64,000 nt of DNA from Octopus bimaculoides. Lineage: Eukaryota. A program made the translations under genes and the position numbers. The DNA lies in contig NC_068992.1 in the NCBI RefSeq assembly GCF_001194135.2, forward strand, positions 52,462,826 through 52,526,825. Direction: 5' to 3'. The notes beneath the pieces were generated by a model, which was not told the DNA's origin, did no database searches, and was given only the letters and a program-made list of their open reading frames with translations. Each line of letters starts with the position of its first letter. Position 1 is the first letter of the stretch. Positions 46,791-59,970 of the stretch are shown in pieces.

Positions 46791-48559
46791 CACAGAATAT
46801 TTTGGAAAATGTTTGCATGTTCTTGAGATCATGGTGCACCACATTCTTGAACCAGCAACCCATATTGGTATTGACTATCTTGCCTTGGTTTGTCTCAGGA
46901 TTATGTTAGTTGTGTGGGGAGGGCCGTGAGGTGCTGTGCAAGCATTATTGAACCTATGTATCTGAGAAGGGAATATGTTGAATAAAACCATAATTAACTA
47001 ATCTTCTGGTATTTTCTTTTACCCAAAGCCAGGAACTTTTCAGCCCCTGCATCATACATGCTAAAGGATTATGGATATGCTTGTTAAATGATTATGGATA
47101 TGTCTTTATTCTTAATGCCTCTTGTTCCATGGATACATGAATAAGTGGATGTATCTCAGTGTAACTATCTTTCTTTTTCTCATGCATTGTGTCTGTAATA
47201 TATAAAAGACAAGATACATCCAAAGAATGTGTTTAGTGTTATGTGTCACCACATTACTTTCATCTTTTATACCATTTCTACTATCCTTAGTTGCCACACT
47301 GTCTATTACACACAGTTACGACAAGATTATGACTACCACAACATATATGAATCATTAATAATGGGTTTTACTAGAGAAAAATAATCTCTTTAGAAAAATT
47401 GATGTAACAAACATGGAAGAAATATTTCGAAGCAATGAGGAATGAACATTATTAACATATGGAGACATCTGACCATCACAAATTCTGTGAAGCAGTAAAA
47501 TATTAAGTTAATGAGTTTTCTTAGTTTATTTCAATTCTTTCTTGGCATCTTATGAAATAAAAAGTTTCATTGCTATCGGTTTGTTAGTGTTTGTGTAGGT
47601 TGAATGATTTTCTAAAGTTAGAGACAACTGTTGTTATCTTCAAAGAATTTCTACCAAACTCCTGTTACTTTCACCACTGCAGTGACAGTTATGCAACAGT
47701 TCAGTGAATAAAGCAAGAACACACAAACGTCTTGACTGTTTTCTTAAAAATAAAATATATTACATATCTACTCTTGTCAGACTTTTCCTTGGTGACTGTT
47801 AACCATACCTGACCAAATAGACAAAGGACATAAAGAAAAGGGAATATGAAAATAAAACAAAAAAGATTGGCTTGACATATGTATATATTTCCTGCTGTAA
47901 TAATTTAATGTTCACTCTTTTATCACTGAATCAAAGGTTTCTTTCTGAAATTTCTCCATTAGAGTTTACACCGACAAACTCTCACCAAACTAGTATATTC
48001 TGACATTCAGTTATGTCTCCCACACTTTTCTTAAATAATAACACACTTACTCTGCTGTCTAATAAAACATAATCCTGCATAAATAATACTGCCCCTCATT
48101 TCTCTTTAACTTTTTGTGCACGGATGTTGTCCATAACCAAGTCAGATTTATTGCACTAAATATGCACTTTGTCACTGAACAGAGAGTTTGAAAATAATCC
48201 TTTCATAGAAATATGTTGATCTCATATATTTCTAATGTCTAAAGCTATAATTACTAGACACATCAATGAAAGTGTTTTCCTTACACTCACTCCAAAAATG
48301 AACAAAACACTCTTAAATCATTTAAACTCATTACAGATACTACATCTTATAATGACAAAGCTATGAACACAGGAACCCTATTCTTTAGGATTCAGTTTTG
48401 GCAATGTTCATTATGTGTTTGGGCAATGCTCAACATTATATATATATATATGTTACAGTCTGTCCAAAGGTAAGTTGTTGTATGCAGCACAGGTAATGTG
48501 TTTAAAACTGAAATAAAATTGCAATGAAAGTAAGTGTTAGAATGAGTTTTGTTTGTTTG

Positions 48560-49050
48560 TTTTTTTTTTGTCTAAAAGTAGTGAGGTCAAGGCAGGGAGA
48601 GGGGTGAGAGTGGAGAATAAAGGAGAGAGAGAGACAGGCAGTGAGATATTCACCTCACTACTTATGAAGGGTGAAAGTAAAAAAGAAATAAAGGAAACAA
48701 GATGAGATGAAAATGAGAGAAGCATATTGTAAAAAAGAGAGTGAGAGAGAGAGAGAAAGAGAGAGAGAGAAAGAGAGAGAGAAAATGAGTAAGAGAGAGA
48801 AAGAAAAAAGCTGGCAGACAAATAGACTGGCAGGAAGACAAATGAAGAGAAAGACACACAGAGAGTCAGTAAAGAAGTGAGGGAAAGAAAGAAAGAGAAA
48901 GAGAGACAGACAGACAAACAGAAAAAAGAGAGAGAGAAACAGAGATAGACAGAGAAGGAGACTGGTAGACGAACTGGCAGAGAGATAGACACTAATACAG
49001 ACAGAAGGAGATAGAGAGGGAGAGGGAAAGAAAGTGATAGAGAAAGAATT
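48560..49050. repeat. (GA)/(GACA)-rich low-complexity region
   Basis: Direct. Confidence 0.9.
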
Positions 49051-49559
49051 CATGTTGGAGATGTAGTGAGATATTATATTACAAAGTAAATAATTACAAA
49101 AGCTTATTTTCTGGAAGAGGAAATGCTATAGGAAAAACATCTGTAAAATTTGAAGAATTTGAGGAAGCTGCTGATTCCAATGTACTACTAATATTTCTAC
49201 CAATTCTTAGTACTTCTGTTACATATACTAGTTTTTACTGCTTCTACTAGTGTTGCTTCAGCCACTTCTACCATTTTTTCTGCCATACAAATTCATGTAG
49301 TTTATAGTGTAAACATGCAGTGTAAAAATTCAAACATCATTGCTTTCATTCCAAATCACTAATTCTCAATTGTTCTTTTTATCTATAGACCTCTTTAATT
49401 ACAATTTTATTCCGGTGAACTCCCATTGCCATTCGATATGTAACAACTAATTTTATGGATACTTTCAAGATCATACTTTTTGTTCATCCCATTTTAACTT
49501 GTGTAGTTTGGATTACATAAAACATTAGAGAAAGAACAAAGTATATCTAAAGCAAACTT

Positions 49560-49674
49560 TTTCCGTGGTCCCTGAAAATAATACTGTGGATCAAATTTAC
49601 TATTTCACAGGTGTGGATCCCCCAAAATCTTATGGACCCCCAGGGGTTACATGGACCCTGGTTGAGAACCACTG
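49560..49674 (-). mobile_element. hAT (Charlie-like) terminal fragment
   Basis: Reverse complement CAGTGGTTCTCAACCAGGGTCCATGTAACCCCTGGGGGTCC is a typical Charlie/MER5-like end. Partner end not found. Confidence 0.65.
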
Positions 49675-49861
49675 TTTCAAATCCTGCTGGATTTCACATG
49701 GAATTTTTGCTCCTTCAAAATCGTCTTAAAGTATAAGTCCACCAAGAATTTTCTTCTTTTTTTATTGTTTTGCTATGAATATGGATCTGAAAAATTCAAC
49801 TTGTATGCTGGAAAATATGATGTTACCAATCCTGCTACTCCTACTGTATTACTGTGCCATT

Positions 49862-50262
49862 TGCATCATCATCATCATCGTTGTCATCGTCATCGTCGTC
49901 ATCGATTAACGTCCACTTTCCAAGTTAGCATGGGTTGGGCGGATTGACTGAGGGCTGCCAAGCCAGAAGGCTGCATCAGGCTCCAATCTGATCTGCCAGA
50001 GTTTCTACAGCTGGATGTCCTTCCTAATGCAAACCACTCAGATAGTGTAGTGAGTGCTTTAACGTGCCACCAGCACGAGGGCCAGTCAGGCGGTATTGGC
50101 AATGACCATGCTCGAATGGTGCTTTCTACGTGCCACTGGCACAGGAGCCAGTCAGGCAATGCTGGCAATGACCACACTCAAATGATGCTTTTTACATGCC
50201 ACTGGCACAGGAACCAGTCAGGCGACACTGCCAACGACCACGCTCAAATAGTGCTTTTAACA
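49862..50262 (-). mobile_element. RTE LINE 3' UTR with three ~66-bp tandem units and (GAT)n tail
   Basis: Same tail as 3.3 kb and 17 kb. Units start at 50054, 50119 and 50185, with a partial unit at 50251. Confidence 0.85.
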
Positions 50263-50269
50263 TTCCATG

Positions 50270-50690
50270 TTCACTGCTATTGCTTTTACCTCTTCTATTG
50301 CTCCTGCTGTCCCACTACTGCTACTACTTCTGCTTCTACCATTTCTCCTTATTCCCCCATTTTTGTTTCTGTTACTTTTTCAAAGGTTCTTTCTAACTCA
50401 GCTACTACTGCTACTGCTTCCACCATTTCTGCTGGATTTACTATTTCTACAGCTCCAATTGCTATCAACGATTTCCTTAATTTCTACTGATTGTATCAAC
50501 TGACCCAACGGTTTCAAAATTTTCTTCTGCTCTCTTTACACCTGTGGCTACTATTACACTTACTGACCCCATTATACCTTCTACACATACTGCTACTACT
50601 ACTTTTATTGTTTCCCTTACTCCTACAGGTCTACTACTTTTAATAGCTATCATTTCTACTACTCCAACCGCTTCTCTCACACTGATAAAC
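50270..50690. repeat. Degenerate (ACT/GCT/TCT)n low-complexity tract
   Basis: 3-nt periodic, T/C-rich; the frame shifts along the tract. Confidence 0.75.
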
Positions 50691-51475
50691 CGACATATGA
50701 ACAGAAATTCACATCAGAACTATTAGGATAATCTTAACTTCATTCTATTGAATCACATAATTCAAATTATATTTAACAAACTAACTTTATTAATTATATA
50801 TCATTCATTTCACCTCATCTCTTTTCCTTCTTTACACTTTTAATCCTTTTATTTCTCTTTATCTCTCTTTCCATTAATATTTTTAAAACAAAAATATATT
50901 TTGATTTTTTAATTTTTGTCTTTATTATTTTGCATGTTCTTTGTTAGTTCTTTTTATGTTACACATTTTATATTCGTCATCAATATTCATTCTCTGATAC
51001 TCTCATGTAATATTTCCTAGTTGCATTATCATTGCTTACATAATGAAATTCTCGTTCTTCTTGTTCTTCTCATTGTTGTTCTTGTTGTTGTTGTTGTTTT
51101 CAGCAGGTTTGACTATATTAACAAATATTATTGAATAGCCATTGTTAAGAACGAAATAATTTTTCAGTATTGCAGTAGAATGACACAAATAAATAAATAA
51201 CTAAAAATTTAAGTATTATTATATGTCAATCCTACTTTCAAACTTTAGAAAATTCACTCAACTGTAAAGTAAGAATTAATTAAACATGTTTTGATTTTAA
51301 GAAGAATGGCTACAATTTATAGAGATATGTTTAAATATCTTTTTTAAAGTCATTAAGTATGGTATAATATCAAATACTTTTTCATGTTTTTCTTTATACT
51401 TTTCTTGTCCCTTTTTCATAGAATTGTATGCTTGTTGAGATTTTAGGTGAATAATAGTTATGTTTTCATCTGCAG

Positions 51476-51544
51476 CTGATGCTCTTGGAAAATAATCTAT
51501 ATCACACGAAAGACATTCAATCAAATTCTGAACTGGATAAAAAG
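51476..51544 (+). CDS. Isolated candidate exon (69 nt, phase 0-0), product unknown
   Basis: TTTTCATCTGCAG| acceptor and AAG|GTTTGT donor. Open as LMLLENNLYHTKDIQSNSELDKK. No family recognised. Confidence 0.18.
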
Positions 51545-52104
51545 GTTTGTAGTATGGTTCAAAATAATGCTTTTTTAACAATGGTCTTAAGTCACAGCTG
51601 CTTGCTGTGCTATATAAATGGGCTACAGTTGAGTTTTATGCCAATAAATTATTAACCCTTTCTTTGCATTTTAAAACTGCAGACACTGATGCACATAAGA
51701 GGATACAACTAAATTTGGTCTCAACAAAGTGGCAACCAATTTTTGCAGGCATGTGGTTGATATTCTGGCAGTGATGAATAATTGAGCTACAGCTAATTTT
51801 TATTATCACTAATGAGATAGCCCTTTCTTTGCACACTACATCTGCCAACAACGAGGCATAAATGGATTACATGTAAATTTTGTATTAACAATGTGAACAT
51901 CTATTATTGCTGTCTTGCATGACATTTGCCAGAAGTGATGCATAATTAGGCTGCAGCAAATTTTTATATAGGAACAGCAGAATACAGTTGCACCATATTT
52001 TCTCACACGCTAGGTCAACTTATTAACATACTTTTGAAGGAGCAAAACTTCCACATGAAATTTAGAAGGATTAGGACCCATGGTTTTCAACAAGGATCCA
52101 AACT

Positions 52105-52262
52105 ATGGTGGTGAGCTGGTAGAATCATTAGTATGCTGGGCAGAATACTTAGTGACATTTCATCTATCTTTATATTCCGAGTTCAAATTCTGCCAAAGTC
52201 AACTTGCTTTTCATCCTTTTGGGGTTGATAGAATATTGGGGTCGATGTAATCGACTAACACC
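52105..52262 (+). mobile_element. SINE family B
   Basis: GGTGGTGAGCTGGTAGAATCATTAG...GAGTTCAAATTCTGCC...GTCGATGTAATCGAC. Confidence 0.88.
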
Positions 52263-52316
52263 CTCCTATTACCACCTTAAAATCTCTGAGAAGAACACAG
52301 TGGGTTGTAGACGCCT

Positions 52317-52354
<38 letters not shown>

Positions 52355-53263
52355 TATATATATATATATATNNNNNNNNNNNNNNNNNNNNNNNNNNNNN
52401 NNNNNNNNNNNNNNNNNNNNNNNNNNNNNNNNNNNNNNNNNNNNNNNNNNNNNNNNNNNNNNNNNNNNNNNNNNNNNNNNNNNNNNNNNNNNNNNNNNNN
52501 NNNNNNNNNNNNNNNNNNNNNNNNNNNNNNNNNNNNNNNNNNNNNNNNNNNNNNNNNNNNNNNNNNNNNNNNNNNNNNNNNNNNNNNNNNNNNNNNNNNN
52601 NNNNNNNNNNNNNNNNNNNNNNNNNNNNNNNNNNNNNNNNNNNNNNNNNNNNNNNNNNNNNNNNNNNNNNNNNNNNNNNNNNNNNNNNNNNNNNNNNNNN
52701 NNNNNNNNNNNNNNNNNNNNNNNNNNNNNNNNNNNNNNNNNNNNNNNNNNNNNNNNNNNNNNNNNNNNNNNNNNNNNNNNNNNNNNNNNNNNNNNNNNNN
52801 NNNNNNNNNNNNNNNNNNNNNNNNNNNNNNNNNNNNNNNNNNNNNNNNNNNNNNNNNNNNNNNNNNNNNNNNNNNNNNNNNNNNNNNNNNNNNNNNNNNN
52901 NNNNNNNNNNNNNNNNNNNNNNNNNNNNNNNNNNNNNNNNNNNNNNNNNNNNNNNNNNNNNNNNNNNNNNNNNNNNNNNNNNNNNNNNNNNNNNNNNNNN
53001 NNNNNNNNNNNNNNNNNNNNNNNNNNNNNNNNNNNNNNNNNNNNNNNNNNNNNNNNNNNNNNNNNNNNNNNNNNNNNNNNNNNNNNNNNNNNNNNNNNNN
53101 NNNNNNNNNNNNNNNNNNNNNNNNNNNNNNNNNNNNNNNNNNNNNNNNNNNNNNNNNNNNNNNNNNNNNNNNNNNNNNNNNNNNNNNNNNNNNNNNNNNN
53201 NNNNNNNNNNNNNNNNNNNNNNNNNNNNNNNNNNNNNNNNNNNNNNNNNNNNNNNNNNNNNNN

Positions 53264-53289
<26 letters not shown>

Positions 53290-53297
<8 letters not shown>

Positions 53298-53540
53298 TAT
53301 CGATTTGTGTGTGCCTTTGTAGTTATGTTTGTCCCCCCTCCCCCCATCATCACTTGACAACCAGTGTTGGTGTGTTTACATGATTGTAACTTAGTGATTC
53401 AGCAAAAGAGATCAATAGAATAAATATTAGGCTGAAAATAAAAGTTCTGGGGTCAATTTGTTCCACTAAAGCCTTTCAAGATTATGCTCTAGCATGGCCA
53501 CAATCAAATACCTGAACCGAGTAAAAGAATAAAAGAATAT
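53290..53540 (+). mobile_element. SINE family A 3' half; the 5' part is probably in the gap
   Basis: CACTTGACAACCAGTG...CTAGCATGGCC...GTAAAAGAATAAAAGAAT. Confidence 0.85.
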
Positions 53541-54299
53541 AATTATTCCAAATGTTGTCATCAAATTTTTGTTAATTAGTTAATTACCTCTTTCATATAC
53601 TGTAGCCATTGGCAACATGGCAATATCTAAAGCCATATTTTGTCCAATTTTTAATAAAAACATTTTCATATTTCCTTTTATAGATAGTTATAAAACACTA
53701 AGTGGAGAAAAATACAAACTAATAATTGTTTTTCTTCTACAGACTGGCATGAAGCTTGAGACATAAGACGTTTAGGGAAGATGAGAAGAACTGAGAGCTG
53801 TGTTATGTTTTGTTTTTTTCTTCTTAGAAACAAACAAAAAATATTAACTGTATTTGTGAAAGGATTTATTTCAAACAGCATAGAGAGAAGCAGGTTACTA
53901 AATTGGCTTAAGGGAAGATATACTATTTTTCTCTAGAACATTCCTTTTATAATGTATAACTAGTCCAATTACTAATGCCATTGTCAATGAATCGTAATGA
54001 ATTTAATGGTAACTGAAAGCTGTTGGCAGCTAAGAAAGGAGATGTATTTAAGCTTTCTTCATTGTACTAGGACAGTCATCATGCTAGGAAGAGATAAAAA
54101 CATCTCATTTTGATTTGCACATGCCGAATGGTGTAGGGGAAGTGGGGCTAGTATTAGTGGTGGTGGGGTAGAGGTGGAGGTGTATTATTGGTGACTCAGG
54201 TTAGATATATTGCATAATGAAACACCTGTAAGGTGCACGTTCTGTCACAGCTTGGTATACATTTACATTTGTTGATATGTATAGTAATATATGTGCTTA

Positions 54300-54790
54300 T
54301 GGCTGTATAATGAAGAGAGAAAGGGAAGACATGAAAAGCAGAAAAAGAGAGTGAGAGAGAGTGTAGAGAAGTGGGAGGTAGATGAAGGAGAGAATAGATA
54401 AGGAAGGAAAAGGAAGAGATGGGTGAAATGATGTGAGGGAAGAAAGAGAAAGTAGACAAGAGAGGGTGGAGAAACAGGTAGTTATATGTAGAAGGTGGAG
54501 GGAGATAGAACAGTGGAGAGAGATAGCTGTAGGTATAGTGTGAGAGAATAGAGAAAGAGGAAGAGAGAGAGAGAGAAAAAGAGAGCAGGTGAAAGAGAAT
54601 TAGTTGTATATTTACAAAGAGAGAGAGAGAATGAAACAGAGTGTGAGAGAAGCTATTGTTACAAGAACTAAGAAGGAAAAGGTTCAGAAAAGGGAATGTT
54701 AGAGAAGATAGAGATTTGAAAGAAATATTTAGAAAGAGAGAGAAAGAAATAGAATGAAGGAGAGTCTATAGTGAACGAGAGCAAGGAAAC
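54300..54790. repeat. Purine-rich (GA) low-complexity region
   Basis: Direct. Confidence 0.85.
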
Positions 54791-55084
54791 AGTGGTTCAC
54801 AGAAGTGGTGGATATGAGGGAGGGGTAGGGGGAGCAGGATAGAGTTGGCGGAGGGCAATATTGGCAATTATAGATAACCAATATTCCAGAAATAATTGCT
54901 CTAAAGATAATCCAAGGTGGAGAACAAATAAGTAGCTGTTTCTCAATGTTAATCTATTGTTTGAGAGATTCTGGAAAATACAGAATGGAAAAACTGAAAG
55001 AATAAGAAAATTAAAACAGTCAGCTTTTGGAAATAAGAATAAGAAATTATGAAAATCTTGCTCAAATCAAAATGAAAGAACCTT

Positions 55085-55312
55085 ACATTCTTTATTCTTT
55101 TATTCTTTCATTTGTTTCAGTCATTTGACTGTGGCCATGCTGGAGCACCGCCTTTAGTCAAGCAAATCGACCACAGGACTTATTCTTCATAAGCCTAGTA
55201 CTTATTCTATCGGTCTCTTTTGCCGAACCGCTGAAGACGTAAACATACCAGCATCAGTTGTCAAACAATGTTGCGGGGCACAAACACAAACACACACACA
55301 AACACACACACA
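55085..55312 (-). mobile_element. SINE family A 3' half
   Basis: TTCTTTATTCTTTT...GGCCATGCTGGAGCACCGCC...CTAGTACTTATTCTATCGGTCTC. Confidence 0.9.
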
Positions 55313-55921
55313 CATNNNNNNNNNNNNNNNNNNNNNNNNNNNNNNNNNNNNNNNNNNNNNNNNNNNNNNNNNNNNNNNNNNNNNNNNNNNNNNNNNNNNN
55401 NNNNNNNNNNNNNNNNNNNNNNNNNNNNNNNNNNNNNNNNNNNNNNNNNNNNNNNNNNNNNNNNNNNNNNNNNNNNNNNNNNNNNNNNNNNNNNNNNNNN
55501 NNNNNNNNNNNNNNNNNNNNNNNNNNNNNNNNNNNNNNNNNNNNNNNNNNNNTTATTTATTTATTTATTTATTTTTGCTTTCTTGCTTGTGTCTGTAATA
55601 TGTCTTAATAGGGTAAGCTATTGGTCACCTGATAATGCATTCATAAGCGATCAGGTATTTATTTGTTTATTAGATGTAGAAATTTGGTTGGTAAAATTGT
55701 TAAAGCATTGAACAAAATGCCTTTTACGAAGGGTTTCAATTCCCAAGATGGCTGAATTTGCCTCTGGTTCTGTTGCTGATAAAATAAGCAGTAGCAGTCA
55801 AGCACTGGCTTTATGTAATTAATTGTTTCTTCCTCTACCTTGCTCCAAAAATAATTAGTGCTAATCACCTGTTGTTGACTAATTCTTATTCCCAAAGATT
55901 CAAACAAACATGGACATAGAT

Positions 55922-56215
55922 AGGTGCTAGGGTGGCTGTGTCAGAAGAAGCTTGCTTTTCAACTACATGGTTCCAGGTTCATTCCCACTGCATGGCACCT
56001 TGGATAAATATCTTCCTAGTACTGCTTCAGCCAACTAAAGCCTTATGAGTGCATTTGGTCAACAGAAACTGAAAGAAGCCCATTGTATTTGTGTGTGTGT
56101 GTGTGTGTGTGCATGTGCACATGTGTATATGTGCGCATGTATGTGTGTATGCATGCGTGTATGTGTGTGTGTGTTTTTTTTTTGTGTCTGTGTTTGTCCA
56201 CCACCACCACCACCA
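55922..56215 (+). mobile_element. SINE family A 5' half with microsatellite
   Basis: GGTGGCTGTGTCAGAAGAAGCTTGC...CCTTATGAGTG...GAAACTGAAAGAAGCCC. Confidence 0.85.
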
Positions 56216-56554
56216 CCATTTGGAGTTGGTGGAGATTTATTTCCCTGAACCAATATAAATAAGACTGCATTTTGCACAAAAAACCTATGCTATCTGCTGC
56301 AGTAAAGTTTGTTTTAACTGAACATCCATATTTAAGTAGGGTTAAATATTGCCTTTCATTATTAATACTGCCTCTGTTGGTAGCATATATCTTTCTGACC
56401 TATGCTCTGTGACAAACTGAACTGATATTATCTACAAACATTATTTCATGAAATCTAAGGTGGAAGCTGACAGAGCCATTAGCATAGTGGACAAACTGCT
56501 TAGTGACAGTTCGCTTGTATTCACTTTCTGAGCCCAAATACGACCAATGGGAAC

Positions 56555-56668
56555 TTTGCCTTTTATTCTTTTGGGGGTGAATAAAATACAAAAATACCAG
56601 TCAAGTACTGGGGTCAGTGTAATTGAATTCCTTCTCCACTCAAAAACTGCTGGCCCAGTGTCAAAATT
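56555..56668 (+). mobile_element. SINE family B 3' half
   Basis: GCCTTTTATTCTTTTGGGG...AAGTACTGGGGTCAGTG...GCTGGCCCAGTGTCAAAATTT. Confidence 0.75.
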
Positions 56669-57227
56669 TAAAACACTTATTTTGTGAAACCTAAAAGTAC
56701 TCAACATTTTTCTATACCCATAGAGACTTGACAACAAACTCCAACAAACACAAATTTGAAATATCTGCTACATAAAACCTATACAAGCATATTCCTTCCA
56801 TACATCCATGATGGAATTCAAAACAATAGGAAATTCCTTTTATGTAACCTGAAAAGCTGTTCCCTGCCAGTCTTTCATTTTCACCAACCCCTTATAAACA
56901 TAAATACTTCCCTACAATGTTCTCCCCCTTTCCTTTCTTTCCACACAACATCTTCTCCTGTCTGCCCACACCACACTTAAATTTCCTTTCACATTACTAA
57001 ACATACCAAGGAGCACCCTGCCAAAAATTCTCTATATTATATAGCATGAAAGACCGAAGTAAACCACATTCAGAGGATTACTTGCAAACTGAAACTTCGA
57101 AGTCACTGTCAACCTATCCCCTTTTAAAAATTAATTAATATGTGCTCTACTAAATAATTTTTATTGATTCCTCAGTATAACATTAAATTGTTTTTATAAC
57201 ATCACATAAAAACAAAGTTAATATGCA

Positions 57228-57271
<44 letters not shown>

Positions 57272-57954
57272 TGTATATATACACACACTCAATATAAATA
57301 GATCATAAAAGAGAGGTGAGAAGAGATTAATAAGAACAATTATAAATAATAAAAAGCAAGCAATAATAGTGACTGTATTTGAAATAATATAATTTTAAGA
57401 ATGAAAAAAAAGAAACATTTTGTATTACTGAGTTGGTTTGATATCAGTTTTGAATTATGATTTAGAAATTGGTTTTTCACTTCATTTATTTTAAGGGATA
57501 TTACAACTCATATTTTTCAACTGGATAATCCCATAAACATTGTTATTTAAGAATGGCTGGTCCTCAATTTTACAGTATTCAATTATCGTCAGAAATATAG
57601 TTTATTGAAGACAGCTAGAAATAAATAAATATATAAACAGAGATATTCGTTTTTTTTTTATCAGATATTTTCTGATTTTCTGCAAGAGCTTTGGTCACAC
57701 ACTGGAGCCACATCTAGATCAAATAGAATCCAATAACTCATTGTGTAATTGTTGCTGTATAACTCCAGGTTAGTTTTGATTGATTGAGAAGACCTACAAT
57801 ATTAATTGTATGTGATGATTTAAATGTATTGTTTTGATATTTTGTTTATAAAGTGGAATCACTTTTTAAATTGAAATTAAAATTGTTTCCATTGATAAAA
57901 CAACCTGAATGTTTGGATGAAGGAATCAATATTATTCCGTCTGAAATACCATCA

Positions 57955-58120
57955 TCCACATTTAAGGACTGCTTTCCATGCTGGCATGGGTTGGATAACT
58001 TGACACAAGCTGGCAAGGCCAGGAGCTGCACCAGGTTCCATACTCTATTTTGGCAGTTGGATGCCCTTCCTAATGTCAACCACTTTACATAGTGTACTGG
58101 GTGCTTTTTAAGTGGCAGCA
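57955..58120 (-). mobile_element. RTE LINE 3' UTR fragment
   Basis: TTTCCATGCTGGCATGGGTTGG...GGATGCCCTTCCTAATGTCAACCACTT. Confidence 0.82.
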
Positions 58121-58361
58121 TTTTGTTAGATAATTTTTACTTTCGGAGTTCAAATCTCAACAAGATCAATTTTGCTTTTTGCCCTTCTGGAGCAGGTATA
58201 GACAGTTAAATTGACTCCAGTACATTCGTGTACAGGGCTTGATATAATTATCACCACCAGTGGCAGTGACCCAGCCTGGCCATAACCCAGTAAATAAAAT
58301 CAGTAAAAGATAAACAATTGCTTCCAATGATGAAGTAAGTCAGGCACATAGTTTAGCAGCA

Positions 58362-58555
58362 ACATGGTGTAGTGGTTTGAATGCAGAGGTCATAATCATT
58401 AGGCAAGGTGTTCAATTCTCAGACCAGGTGGTGCATTGTGTTCTTGAGTAATGCAACTCCATTTCACATTCTTTCACTTCATTCAGCTGAAAATGAGTAG
58501 CAACAACAATGGGGAAGTTAACTAAGAGATGGACTGGCGTCCCATTCAGGCAGTG
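58362..58555 (+). mobile_element. tRNA-derived SINE with CORE/V-like body
   Basis: TGGTGTAGTGG (A box), GTTCAATTC (B box), TGTGTTCTTGAG, CAGCTGAAAATGAGTA and GATGGACTGGCGTCCC. Confidence 0.7.
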
Positions 58556-59399
58556 TCTCACTTACTAAAATACCACAAAACTCTGAGAATCTCAAGTTTG
58601 TAGTCTCCAGACAAGCTCCAATTTTTAAATGCATTTTTTATTTTTAAAGATTTGAACAAAATATAGTTATGATGGGTGTGAAAAATTTACTGCAATGTTA
58701 AACAAAATCTTCTGCAGTTTTTAATTTACATTTCTGTTTATCTTGTGTTCCAAACCTGCCGAGGTTAAATTTGGCCCTTAAATTTACGGGAATTATGGAA
58801 CAAAATATTAGTTTTCCAAATATTTGATCCTGTGACCTACATTAACAGACAATATTTAGATAAATCGTTGAAGAAAATCGGAAGAAATGGAATTAAATAT
58901 TTAAGATAAAAGTATTTAAGACAGATCCTCCTCTTCCTTATCATCTTCATCATCATCATCATCATCATAATCATCATCATCACTCCATATTTCTTGCTGT
59001 ATTGCTTTGTTCCACGAGAGAGAAAATGAAAGAGAAAGTGAGAGAGAACTCATCACTAAAGCATATTTGTTTGCCGACTGTTGAAAGAACGCAGAGGTGA
59101 GCAGAACAAAAGTAGTTCTAATATAAGAGAATGTTGTTACCAAGAAGATATGTGTGCTATCGATCTGAAATAAGTGAACTGTTACTGGAAGTAGTTCATT
59201 GACAAGAAAAGAAAATATAATATTGATTTTATTGCTGATTAGGAAGTTTGTGTTGGGTCTAAAATGGATGATCACTGCAAGAAATTCACTTGTCTCCTTG
59301 GTAGACAAGGCCAGAAGCATTCCAGCACAATTAATAGTATATGGAGTGTAACTAAAGAAACTGCTATGTGTGTGTTTGTGCTGATATGCTTGTAGTTAT

Positions 59400-59710
59400 T
59401 TGGTTTTATTTCAAGATTTCTTGCCAATAGAAAAAGGGTCAGTTTCTAGCCTAGATCCAAGAGTCCTTTATTAGAATTTAAACAACATCAACAGGGTATT
59501 TTTGCATATATATATACGTACAGTATTTGGAGTCAGTTCTTCTTCCAGAGCTAACAAATGTGGTATGCTACTATTCTCATTAAGAGCTTGTGTATGTATG
59601 TCATTATTCAGTTTATTTCAAGATTTCTTGCCAATAGAGAAAGAACCGGTTTCTAACCTAGATCCAAGGCTCCTTCATTGGAATTTCAACATCAACATGA
59701 GGGTATTTTT
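59400..59710 (+). repeat. Two diverged copies of a ~95-bp repeat, ~205 bp apart
   Basis: TTATTTCAAGATTTCTTGCCAATAGA...CCTAGATCCAAG...AGGGTATTTTTG at ~59406 and ~59612. Confidence 0.9.
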
Positions 59711-59835
59711 GTTTGTATATATGTATGTATGCATGTATGCATGTGTGCATGTATTTATGTGTGTATGTATGTAAGTATGTGTGCATGTATGTATGTATGT
59801 ATGTATGTATGTATGTATGTATGTATGTATGTATG

Positions 59836-59936
59836 TAGAATTCAAGCTGTAATTACTACCAAAGGTGGTCCTACCCTATATTAAAATAAATTTGTTCGAA
59901 ATTTTAAGGTGTTTCCATTATTTTGTCCAACCCCTG
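59836..59936 (+). mobile_element. Tc1 transposon 3' end (transposase C-terminus and right TIR)
   Basis: RIQAVITTKGGPTLY* resembles Tc1 RIQAVIKAKGGPTKY*. TIR revcomp CAGGGGTTGGACAAAATAATGGAAACACC is followed by TA. Confidence 0.88.
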
Positions 59937-59970
59937 TATGTGGTAAGTTTAAAATTTTTAAAATTTTAAT

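Noticed and set aside
48455-48480. TTACAG|TCTGTCCAAAG|GTAAGT 11-nt microexon
   Set aside because: There is no pyrimidine tract, and it could equally be a TA-CAGT transposon-end remnant.
50260-50700. Mucin-like Thr/Ser/Ala-rich ORFs
   Set aside because: The frame shifts repeatedly and there are no splice boundaries; it is better explained as a decayed (ACT)n tract.
51297-51851. Minus-strand ORFs of 94 and 71 aa
   Set aside because: No recognisable domain in any frame; these lengths are expected by chance.
58916-59320. 134-aa minus-strand ORF; faint APE-like YNIDFI on the plus strand
   Set aside because: The ORF is partly microsatellite and unrecognisable; the APE similarity is too weak to call.
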